Under the pieces are notes generated by a model that did no database searches, was not told where the DNA came from, and worked only from the letters and a program-made list of their open reading frames with translations. The position numbers and the translations under genes are program-made. A stretch of 64,000 nt of DNA, taken from Akkermansia muciniphila (GTDB taxonomy: Bacteria > Verrucomicrobiota > Verrucomicrobiia > Limisphaerales > SIAT01). The stretch lies in NCBI GenBank assembly GCA_945860945.1, contig CAMASG010000003.1, positions 624-64,623 on the forward strand. Direction: 5' to 3'. This document shows positions 35,379 through 43,762 of this stretch, piece by piece (the stretch's first letter is position 1; each line of letters opens with the position of its first letter).

Positions 35379-38300
35379 TCAGGATTCTTTGCTCAAGGCA
35401 CGGCGGCCGAGTGCGACGAGGAACGCGAGCAGTGCCACGTAGAAGGAACCCCAGAGGACGCGGTTGAACACGCCGGGCGTCTCGAGATTGGCGGCGGCGA
35501 AGGTGATGGTCATCGCTTTGCCGGTCTCGGTCTGAAGCGCTTGCGCGAAGCCGAACTGAAGGCCGCGCTGGGGCAGGTTCACGCGGAGCGGCGAGACTTT
35601 GCTGCTCGTGACTTCCTGCGCCTTGTGAACCATCGCGAGCTGTTGCTCGGCGGTTTCGTTGTCATACAACACGAACGGTTTGCCGCTGGCCTTCTCGCGC
35701 GAGAGCTCTTCATCGAGTTGGAGGGATTGCTGGCCCTGCTCAGTGGCGAGGCGCTGGCGGAGGTTGAACGAGTAGGTGTTCTGCGCATCGACCAAGTTGC
35801 GGGCTTGCGCTTTCCGGATGTCTTTCTCGAGCTTCTTCACTTCCTCGTTGTTTTTACCGAGGTCGAGGTCGTTGTTCGCGCGATAGGTTTGGCTGAGAGC
35901 TTTGTTCGCCTCCTCGATGTTTCCTTTCTTGAGGTTCTCTTGGACGAAGTTAATCGATGAGGTGACGTCGGATCGGCGCTTGGCGCGGTTCTCGTCTTCC
36001 ACCTGCGAATAATCGGTCTGCGAGAAGACGCGGACCACTTGCGCGGCTCTCCGAGCCTCGCGGCTCATCGTACCCTCGAACTTCGCGTAATCGTAGGCGG
36101 GCGGCAGGAAGAGATCCCAGCGGGCATTCTTGAGCGGCACATCGAGCGTCGGCGCGGCGAGGGCGACTTTGCCGTTCCGTTCCGGGAACTGCACGCGGCC
36201 GATGAAGGTGATGTCGATCGGGATGGTCGCGCCTTCGCCGGAACGCTCCAGCGGTAGCAGCAGCTTGCCGCCGCGGTTGGTGGGCCGCACTGGTTGACCG
36301 GCGACGAACGCCGACCAGACTTCGGTCTGCTTGTCGGGCAGGGTGAGCTTAAGGAATTGCTTACCGTTGTTGCGCACGTTGAGCGTCATCTGGGTCATCA
36401 TCTGGCCATCCTCGGTGATGACGGAGACGAGGCTCGCGCTATCCACCAACGCTTGCAATACCTCGGCGGGGTCGTGGCTACGGGCGCGCACGGCGAGTTC
36501 GTAACCGGGCCGTAGATAGCGATAGGCGAGCGTGGCGGTATCGGTCGCTACGCCGGCCCATTCGGGGACCTCGCGCGAATCGATGGGGATGAGGTCGGTG
36601 CCGGCCTTGTCTTCCGCGACCTGCAACGGCGCGCGGGCATTGAAGATCAGCATGCCGGTCTCGCGTTCCACCTTCGGATCCACGCCCTGCGCGACGATCG
36701 GCAGCACCTTGAACGCTTCGCCTTTGGTCGCGTCGAAAGGCTGCTCCCACGTGACGGTGATCGTGTAGGTGCCGCGTTTCTTGTTCTGCAATTCCACGCG
36801 CCAGAGGTCACCCTGCTGGTCGCGGCGGCGGATATCCGAGCAGTTGATTTCCACGTTCTTGAAGCCGGCAGGGATGCGGAGCTGGAACTCCTTCGTCGGC
36901 GCGTTCGCGATTTCGTATTTCACGATCGCGCGGCCGCTCACGAGCGTATCCTGCACGGTGAGGACGGTGGCGATCTCGGCGCGCACCCACGAATCAATGC
37001 GCTCGGTGGCGACGCTGAGTTTCCACGCCGGCTGCGCGGTTGGCTCACCTGTGATGAACTTGAAGGCGAGCGTGCCTGCGATCGGCAAGGACATCATCTG
37101 TTGTTTCGATTGCGCTATCGGCGCGGTGTTCTGCGCGATGGGAGCCGCCGGCAACGCGCTCACGGGGATCTCCGTGAGCCCGTCGAAGTTCTCCGTCTTC
37201 ACCTGCACGCCTTCCTCGGCGGAGACGGCGACGAAGCCGGTGAGCTTCTGCACGCCGATCGGGTGCGCGCCAACCGCGCTGACCGACTTCGGCACTTCCT
37301 TGATGAGGAGGGCGAGGTCCACGCGCAACGGATAATGGCCGAGCATGCGCTCGGTGAGCGTAACTTCGACGATGCGGTTCGTCCCCTCGGTTTTCTCAAC
37401 CCACTGCGCCAGGCGATCGCCGATCACGCGCTCGACGCGGTAGCCGGCCGGCAGGAGTTGGCGCAGGGTGAAGACGCCGACGCGCTTGATGGTGTAATCA
37501 ATCTGGCTGCTGGAAAGAAGCTGGTCGGTCGTGATGCGCAGGTGATGATGCGCGACCGCTTCGATCTGGGGCTGAACGGCCTCGACACGGCCGGCGAGTA
37601 CGATGCCCGGCTTCAGGAAACGCCACGCGGTGGTGGCGACGTCCGGCAGCGCGACGGCGCGCGTGAATTCAGAGGTATCCACCTTCTGCAAATCGCTCGT
37701 GGTGTCGGCGACGAAGCTGAGGTCGTCGCTGGTCTTGATGCCGATGAAACCGGTCTCGCGTTTCACATCGAGCGCCTGCGGCACGGCGACCTTCACCACG
37801 GCGGGCGGCACGGCGAGCGGTTGTTCGAGATCGAGAAACACGCGCCACGCGGTCGCGACGCCTTTGGCCAGCTCGACGGTGAGGATGTTCTCGCCCTTCT
37901 CATCCGCGCTGCGCCACGTGCGCACGTGATCGCCTTCCACGCGCATCAACTTCTGACCAACAGGCAGGCGGATGCGGGCGGAACGCAGCTCGCCTTGCGT
38001 GATTTGGTAATCCAGCGTCGCGCGGCTGCGGATGACGCCACCTTCGAAACTCACGAGCACGGCGTTTTGCACGAAGACGGTCGCGGAGGTTTCTTCGGCC
38101 TTCTTCACGCGCGGCGTCCACGCCAACTCGAGATGATCGGCCGCGCCGATTGTTCCATCCACACGCGTCTGCTGCGCGGCCGGCGTGGTCTTGAAAGTGA
38201 CAGCGGTGGGCAGATCCACCACGGCCTCGGGCTCGTTCAGCGTGATGGCGAGCGTGCTCGTGAGCGCGGGCGGAATGGCGAAGCTCAACTGGCGCTTCGC

Positions 38301-41300
38301 GGCATCGCCAGTGAGGCGCGTGTGGAACTTCACTTTCACTTTCGCCGCGCCGGCTTCGGCCAACCAAAGCACGAGGCCGCGACCTTCACGGAGCAACTTC
38401 GCATCCTTGGCCGTGCTGGTAAAACTTTCGACTGCGACGTCGTCGCCGAAGAGCGGGAAACGCTGGCCTGCCTTGAGCGCGGTGAAATCGAAGTCCGCCT
38501 CGACCTCGGCCACTTGCTCGCGCACGGCCGCGGTATAGGTGGCGGTGAGGAGCGTGATCGCGTTCGTGACGCTGCCGACGGCAACACCGCGGTCATCGAA
38601 TAGCTCGAAGCTGAGCTGGCGACCTTCGTGCCAGAGGACTTCCTTCGAGGGCTTTCCGTTGACGTGCCAGAAACGGGCCAGCCCATGCGGTTCGCCGGTG
38701 AGATACGTCATCTCGCGTTCGGGCTTGCCGCTGGCGTGCCACGCGCGGCTCGCGCCGTGGCGTTTGCCGGCGGCGAAAGCGATCTCCTCGCTCTTCTGAC
38801 CGTTGCGGAACCACGTGGCGGTCACGCCGTCCGCGAGGCCGAGTTTGTAACCGGCTTCACGCGCCTTCTGGCCGTTGTCGAACCAGTGCGTCTCGATGCC
38901 TTCGGATTTACCGTCTTTGTAATTCGCCTCAAACCGGCGCTGCTTGTTCTCGAAGAACCCGACGACCTTGCCGGTGTACGACACTTCCTGATTGATCTCG
39001 AACTTGGTGCCGTTGCGATCCTGCAACTGCAACTCGCGGATGACGCGCGGGCCGCCGGGCACTTCGAGCGGCGTCTCGGGCAGCACGATGATTTCAATCG
39101 GTCGAGCCAATGCAGGCAACGCGACTGGCTGCGCGACGGCGGTTTGTACGATGAAGAATCCGAGGGCGAGAACGACCGCGGCGGGGATGACGGGCGTTTC
39201 AGCAGACGGCGGCGCGGTGGGCGGCGACTTCTTACGATTGTGCCAGAGTTTCGTGATGAGCCGCGTGACTTGCCAGAGCACGACCGCGGCGGTGAGCAGC
39301 AGCGGCAGCGCGATGAGTGCGTCGCCGAGCAGACGCTGCGAGAGCAGGAAGTAAGCGATCGAACCGAGCACGAGCGCGAGACCACCCGTGATGCGGAAGG
39401 TATCGCGGTGCACCTGCTGATATTGTTTCCAGAGCAGGAACAGGCCGGCGAGGAACGCGGCGACCTGTGCGAGCGCGCGGAGGATGCTGAACTTTTGCGT
39501 CTCCATCGCGAGCGCTTCGATGCGGAGCGGTTCGCGGTTCACGTTGAGCGCCTTCGTGAAAACGATGCGTTGGCCGCTGCGCGGAATCTCGACGCGAATC
39601 GGCCGGATGCCGGCAGCCATCGCCGCGCCTTCGCCCTTGTCACCACCAGCGACAGAACCCCAACCGGCGCCGCCGCCGCCGCCCGCGCGGCCATCCACAC
39701 CGCGCACCGTGCCCATGCCGCCCTGCGGTTGGCTCGGCTGTTGGTTGCTCGGAAGAACGACGGCGGCGAGCGCACCGCCAGTGACGGAAGTGCCGGGGCC
39801 GCTCATGGGCGGCTGGGAACCTGGTGTTGCCGCCTGAGCCTGAGGCAGCGGCGGCGGTGATTTCTTAGCGGGGGAAACCCGCGAAGCGGTGGCGGAAGAA
39901 GAGGGCTGATCGCTTTCGCGCATGGGCTCCCCTTTTTGTCCGAGTTGCTGTTGCCTGTCGGCGGGCCTTTCGGCTGGTGAATTTGCATCGGGCAGGCGCT
40001 CGAAACGATCCATGCGATCGCCGTTCGCGACTTTGGCTTCGAGGCGCTCACCTTCTCCAGCGGCGGCGTCGTAGAGGTCGAGGCCTGTGGGATTGCTGAC
40101 TTCGCCGCTGGTTCTCGAGGCCGCGTATTTATAGCTGCTGAGCGTGGGCAGAAGCATTCCGGAAAGCACGAGCAAGACGAGTGCGGTGACGGCCACGCGC
40201 GCGGCGGCGCGCCAACCGCGTTGGACGGCGGTGATGATGCCGTACAGAACCACAGCGAGTGCGATGAGAACCGCAGCGAGCGCGATGAACTCGGAGGCGT
40301 GTCGGCGATAGTAGGCGCGGCACTCGTTCCACGCATCGCGCCAGCCGTAGGTGGTGCCGCGAGCGACAATCATATTGCCGTCGAAGGCGCCGAGGCGCTG
40401 GTTGGCGGGGATGTAAAGCTCCCACTCATTGTAGGTGTTGGGCACGTCGTTGGTCGGCGCGGCGAGAGCGACCTTCACGGGGAAGAAACCGGTGATGCCA
40501 CGGCGGTCGAGCGGTGTGGTGTTCTGCGCATAGACGAGATCCACGGCGATGGTCTCGTTGCGGTTCGCGCCGCGCGGCAGCGGCACGAGATACGTGTCGC
40601 CTTCTTTTTCAATCTTGGCCGGCTGGTTGTTCACGTAAGCGCTCCAGAAAACGGCGCCGGGCGGCAACGTGAAACGCTGGAATTGTTTGTCGTTATTTTT
40701 CACCATGAACGACGCCTGCGTGAGCATCTGGCCTTGCTCGGTGAGAACGGTCGTGAGCTGGGTGCGGTCGGCCACGGCGGCGAGCACGGGCAATTCGGTG
40801 AAGCGCGTGACGGCCACCGCGAGGTCGTATTTCGCGCCTTCGTATTGATAGGCGAGAAGCACGGGGCGGGCGATGAGCGCGCGGTCGTTGGCGGAAAGCT
40901 CGGCTTCATCCACGCGCCGGAGGGATTCCATTTTCAAGGGCTTCAGCTCGAGGTTGGCAGCGCTGGTGATGGCCACGGCACCGGCCTCGCGGTCCACGCC
41001 GAGCACGTGCACGCCGCCGACGGGCAGCGTGGCTTTGTGGGGATCGAACTGGGCGTCGTAAGTGATGACGAGCGTGTAACCGCCCCACGCTTTTTCCTGC
41101 AAACTGACGGTCCAATCAGCGCTGATGGTGTTCGTCCCGACAGCAGCGGATTCTTTGCGGCGGATGTTCGGGCCGGTGAACTCGACGTTCTTCCACGCGA
41201 GCGGGACACGCACCTTGAACTCCTGCACACCTTGATTGAGGATGCCGTAGCGGATGGTGGCGCTGCCACCGAGTAGGCCGTCGCCGATGGTGACGAGATT

Positions 41301-42902
41301 GAAAACCTCCGCCGTGACACGCGCGGGAAGCTTCTCCGCGCCGAGTTTGAGCGACCAATCGGGCTGCTCGGCGGTGTACGCGAGCGATTCACCCGCGCGC
41401 AGGCCGACGTTGCTGACGGGCACTTCCCGTGCGCCGATGAGCGCGCCGGTCTTGAGCTGGATGCCCGCGGCGGCAGCGGCGCCGATTTGCGAAGTCTCCT
41501 TCACCGCACCGGTGGCGCGAAGCGCGGTGACGGTGAAGGATTCGGGGAACGTTTTGAGCGCCTGCTCGAGCTGCACTTCAATCTGGCGACGGCCGAGCAC
41601 GCGGCGCGCGAAATTCACGGTGAGCTTACCGCCGACGGCCTTCCAATCCTCGATGCCTTCGCCGGTGACGCTGGCGACGACGAAGTTGGTCTGCGGCGCG
41701 AACTCGAGCGAGTAGATGCCGGCCTTCTCCACGTTGAGCCCGAGCGAATGCGAGACGAGCAGGCGCGATTCCTCGAGGCGCACGGAGGCGCGGTTGGCGA
41801 GATTCACGACGGGGTCGATCTTGCGGAGCTTGAGAGCGAGCGAAAGATTTTGGCGTCCGAAGAATTGCCACGCGGCCACAGCGCCCGCGGCGGCGTTCAT
41901 CTGGCGCAAACCGGTCGCGGTATCGGTCTCCACCAGTACATCCTCGGCGGTGACGGAGAGGGTGCCGTTCTCGCGTTCGGTCTCGAGCGGTTGCGCGGGG
42001 ACGATGGCGGCGGTCGCGCCTTCGATGGCTTGTTCGGTGAAGAGGGTGAGAGCGTAATTTTTCTCAACCGGCTTGATGAAATCGATGGTGAGCGTCTGCC
42101 GACCGTTCTCGGCTTTCACCCGCCAATCGCGGATTTGTTCGCCCTGTAATTTGATGATCGCCTGCGTGGACGGAAGCGCGACGGTGAGGTTCGTCAACTT
42201 GCCTTGCACGATTTCGTAGCGGAGCTGCGTGGTGTATTTCGCGACGCTCGGCGTGACGTGCACGCTCGCGGCGGTCTCGGCGATGAGCAGCGCTTTGCGC
42301 GCTTCCTCGGCCGCTTTGCTCTGCCAACGCAGCGAGACGAGCCGGTCCGCACCGAGAAAACCGCGCACGGTGGATTTATCGGCGGCGGGCTGCGTGGTGC
42401 CGGAGAGAAGCTGCACTTCCATTCCGCCGGCGGCCTTCGCCGTGATGGCCGCGATGGCGGAGGCAGGGCCCGTGAAACTCGCGGAGCGCCACGGCTCGAG
42501 CTTGGAAACCTTCGCGGCCAGTTCGAACTTGGCCTGATAACGGCCCGGCTTGCTGATGACGAGGTGGTATTCCTGGCCGGTGCGGATGAGGCGCAGGCCG
42601 TCGGGGAAGGCGCCCGGCGCGGCGAGCACGGCCACGTTGCCACTGAAAAGCGGCAGCACACGCTCGCGGGCGGCGGTGGACTCGACCTCGATGCTCGTGG
42701 CGAAACGGGCATCGCTCTCGCCGAGCGTCCCTTCGTAGCGCACGGAGTGGATGGTGACGACCTCGGCGGCAGCGGTGGCATTCGTGGCGCCGGCCGGCGC
42801 CGGCTGCGCGTACAATGGCGCGGCGAGAGATAATAACAGGAGCGCGGATGCAGCGAGGAGGGCGCGATGGATGGTTTTGCTGATGAGGTTGGATCGCTTC
42901 AT
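35379..42902 (-). CDS. giant (2507 aa) internally duplicated envelope/membrane protein with MORN-variant repeats; family unknown
   Basis: A single uninterrupted ORF with natural amino-acid composition. It has an N-terminal signal peptide (…LAAPLYA|QP). Two paralogous modules span residues about 40-865 and about 1440-2290. A central cluster of about 6 TM helices and a P/Q/G/S-rich linker separate them. MORN/YwqK-type repeats occupy residues about 1300-1432. It ends with a C-terminal coiled-coil-like charged region and a terminal TM helix. Confidence 0.85.
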   Translation of the reverse strand: MKRSNLISKTIHRALLAASALLLLSLAAPLYAQPAPAGATNATAAAEVVTIHSVRYEGTLGESDARFATSIEVESTAARERVLPLFSGNVAVLAAPGAFPDGLRLIRTGQEYHLVISKPGRYQAKFELAAKVSKLEPWRSASFTGPASAIAAITAKAAGGMEVQLLSGTTQPAADKSTVRGFLGADRLVSLRWQSKAAEEARKALLIAETAASVHVTPSVAKYTTQLRYEIVQGKLTNLTVALPSTQAIIKLQGEQIRDWRVKAENGRQTLTIDFIKPVEKNYALTLFTEQAIEGATAAIVPAQPLETERENGTLSVTAEDVLVETDTATGLRQMNAAAGAVAAWQFFGRQNLSLALKLRKIDPVVNLANRASVRLEESRLLVSHSLGLNVEKAGIYSLEFAPQTNFVVASVTGEGIEDWKAVGGKLTVNFARRVLGRRQIEVQLEQALKTFPESFTVTALRATGAVKETSQIGAAAAAGIQLKTGALIGAREVPVSNVGLRAGESLAYTAEQPDWSLKLGAEKLPARVTAEVFNLVTIGDGLLGGSATIRYGILNQGVQEFKVRVPLAWKNVEFTGPNIRRKESAAVGTNTISADWTVSLQEKAWGGYTLVITYDAQFDPHKATLPVGGVHVLGVDREAGAVAITSAANLELKPLKMESLRRVDEAELSANDRALIARPVLLAYQYEGAKYDLAVAVTRFTELPVLAAVADRTQLTTVLTEQGQMLTQASFMVKNNDKQFQRFTLPPGAVFWSAYVNNQPAKIEKEGDTYLVPLPRGANRNETIAVDLVYAQNTTPLDRRGITGFFPVKVALAAPTNDVPNTYNEWELYIPANQRLGAFDGNMIVARGTTYGWRDAWNECRAYYRRHASEFIALAAVLIALAVVLYGIITAVQRGWRAAARVAVTALVLLVLSGMLLPTLSSYKYAASRTSGEVSNPTGLDLYDAAAGEGERLEAKVANGDRMDRFERLPDANSPAERPADRQQQLGQKGEPMRESDQPSSSATASRVSPAKKSPPPLPQAQAATPGSQPPMSGPGTSVTGGALAAVVLPSNQQPSQPQGGMGTVRGVDGRAGGGGGAGWGSVAGGDKGEGAAMAAGIRPIRVEIPRSGQRIVFTKALNVNREPLRIEALAMETQKFSILRALAQVAAFLAGLFLLWKQYQQVHRDTFRITGGLALVLGSIAYFLLSQRLLGDALIALPLLLTAAVVLWQVTRLITKLWHNRKKSPPTAPPSAETPVIPAAVVLALGFFIVQTAVAQPVALPALARPIEIIVLPETPLEVPGGPRVIRELQLQDRNGTKFEINQEVSYTGKVVGFFENKQRRFEANYKDGKSEGIETHWFDNGQKAREAGYKLGLADGVTATWFRNGQKSEEIAFAAGKRHGASRAWHASGKPEREMTYLTGEPHGLARFWHVNGKPSKEVLWHEGRQLSFELFDDRGVAVGSVTNAITLLTATYTAAVREQVAEVEADFDFTALKAGQRFPLFGDDVAVESFTSTAKDAKLLREGRGLVLWLAEAGAAKVKVKFHTRLTGDAAKRQLSFAIPPALTSTLAITLNEPEAVVDLPTAVTFKTTPAAQQTRVDGTIGAADHLELAWTPRVKKAEETSATVFVQNAVLVSFEGGVIRSRATLDYQITQGELRSARIRLPVGQKLMRVEGDHVRTWRSADEKGENILTVELAKGVATAWRVFLDLEQPLAVPPAVVKVAVPQALDVKRETGFIGIKTSDDLSFVADTTSDLQKVDTSEFTRAVALPDVATTAWRFLKPGIVLAGRVEAVQPQIEAVAHHHLRITTDQLLSSSQIDYTIKRVGVFTLRQLLPAGYRVERVIGDRLAQWVEKTEGTNRIVEVTLTERMLGHYPLRVDLALLIKEVPKSVSAVGAHPIGVQKLTGFVAVSAEEGVQVKTENFDGLTEIPVSALPAAPIAQNTAPIAQSKQQMMSLPIAGTLAFKFITGEPTAQPAWKLSVATERIDSWVRAEIATVLTVQDTLVSGRAIVKYEIANAPTKEFQLRIPAGFKNVEINCSDIRRRDQQGDLWRVELQNKKRGTYTITVTWEQPFDATKGEAFKVLPIVAQGVDPKVERETGMLIFNARAPLQVAEDKAGTDLIPIDSREVPEWAGVATDTATLAYRYLRPGYELAVRARSHDPAEVLQALVDSASLVSVITEDGQMMTQMTLNVRNNGKQFLKLTLPDKQTEVWSAFVAGQPVRPTNRGGKLLLPLERSGEGATIPIDITFIGRVQFPERNGKVALAAPTLDVPLKNARWDLFLPPAYDYAKFEGTMSREARRAAQVVRVFSQTDYSQVEDENRAKRRSDVTSSINFVQENLKKGNIEEANKALSQTYRANNDLDLGKNNEEVKKLEKDIRKAQARNLVDAQNTYSFNLRQRLATEQGQQSLQLDEELSREKASGKPFVLYDNETAEQQLAMVHKAQEVTSSKVSPLRVNLPQRGLQFGFAQALQTETGKAMTITFAAANLETPGVFNRVLWGSFYVALLAFLVALGRRALSKES

Positions 42903-43129
42903 AAAGGGGTTGGGTAAATCAATCCGCGCTTCCGGTCAGCAGGGGCGCGATGGATGGGCTTTTTATCAGTTCAACTTCCGTTTGCCAGTTCAAAGTGGCC
43001 GCGAGAAATCCCTTCCGGCCAAACGTGAGACGGCACGCCGCCCGCGAAAACTCCCACGGATATTTCCGCCGCGCGAGGGAAAGGCTGGATTCTTCGGCGC
43101 GTCCGGCTAAGCTCGATGAATCTGACTTT

Positions 43130-43756
43130 GTGACCGGACTGGATGAGAACGCATTGATTACGCGCTGCCTGCGGGGTGAGGCGGCGGCGTGGGATGAGGT
43201 GTTCGACCGCCATTACTCGGCGACCGGCCGCTTCGTGCTGCAGCTCGCGCCGAGTTTCACGCCCGAGGATGCCGAGGAAGTTTGCCAAGAAGCCTTCCTC
43301 TCCGTCATCAAGCACCTCGCTAATTTCAACCGCCGCAGCCAGCTTCAGACGTGGATCTTCCGCATCGCTGCAAACAAAGCGCGCGATTACCGTTCCAAAC
43401 AATCCGCCGAGAAACGCGGCGGTGGCCAGACGCTACTCTCGCTCCATCCTGAGCCGGGCGAAGACACGCCAGCCATCGACCCCGCTAGCCCGCTCCCCTC
43501 GCCGGATGTCGCGCTGCTCCGCGCCGAGCAGTGGAAATTCGTCGGGCAGGCGCTCGAGGAATTGGGCGGTCCGTGTCAGGAAATTCTCGAGCTCCGCTAC
43601 TTCGCCGACCTTGATTACAAAGAGATCAGCGTCGCGCTCGATTTGAACGAGAAGACAGTCAGTTCGCGCCTCAGCAAATGCCGCGACAAATTCGAGGCCG
43701 CGCTGCGCCGCGTTTTTTTGCGGGAGAAAATCGACGGTTTGCCGTCCAACCGATAG
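43130..43756 (+). CDS. ECF-type RNA polymerase sigma-70 family factor
   Basis: ORF 42950..43756. The first 60 codons look non-coding, so I prefer GTG 43130. Region 2 reads EAFLSVIKHLANFNRRSQLQTWIFRIAANKARDY. Region 4 reads ILELRYFADLDYKEISVALDLNEKTVSSRLSKCRDKF. Confidence 0.8.
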   Translation: MTGLDENALITRCLRGEAAAWDEVFDRHYSATGRFVLQLAPSFTPEDAEEVCQEAFLSVIKHLANFNRRSQLQTWIFRIAANKARDYRSKQSAEKRGGGQTLLSLHPEPGEDTPAIDPASPLPSPDVALLRAEQWKFVGQALEELGGPCQEILELRYFADLDYKEISVALDLNEKTVSSRLSKCRDKFEAALRRVFLREKIDGLPSNR

Positions 43757-43762
43757 CTGGAG

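Noticed and set aside
42950-43129. N-terminal 60-codon extension of the ECF sigma ORF
   Set aside because: The translation (MDGLFISSTSVCQFKVAARNPFRPNVRRHAARENSHGYFRRARERLDSS…) looks non-coding and would leave only 47 bp for two divergent promoters. GTG 43130 gives a normal sigma of about 208 aa. The start remains uncertain.
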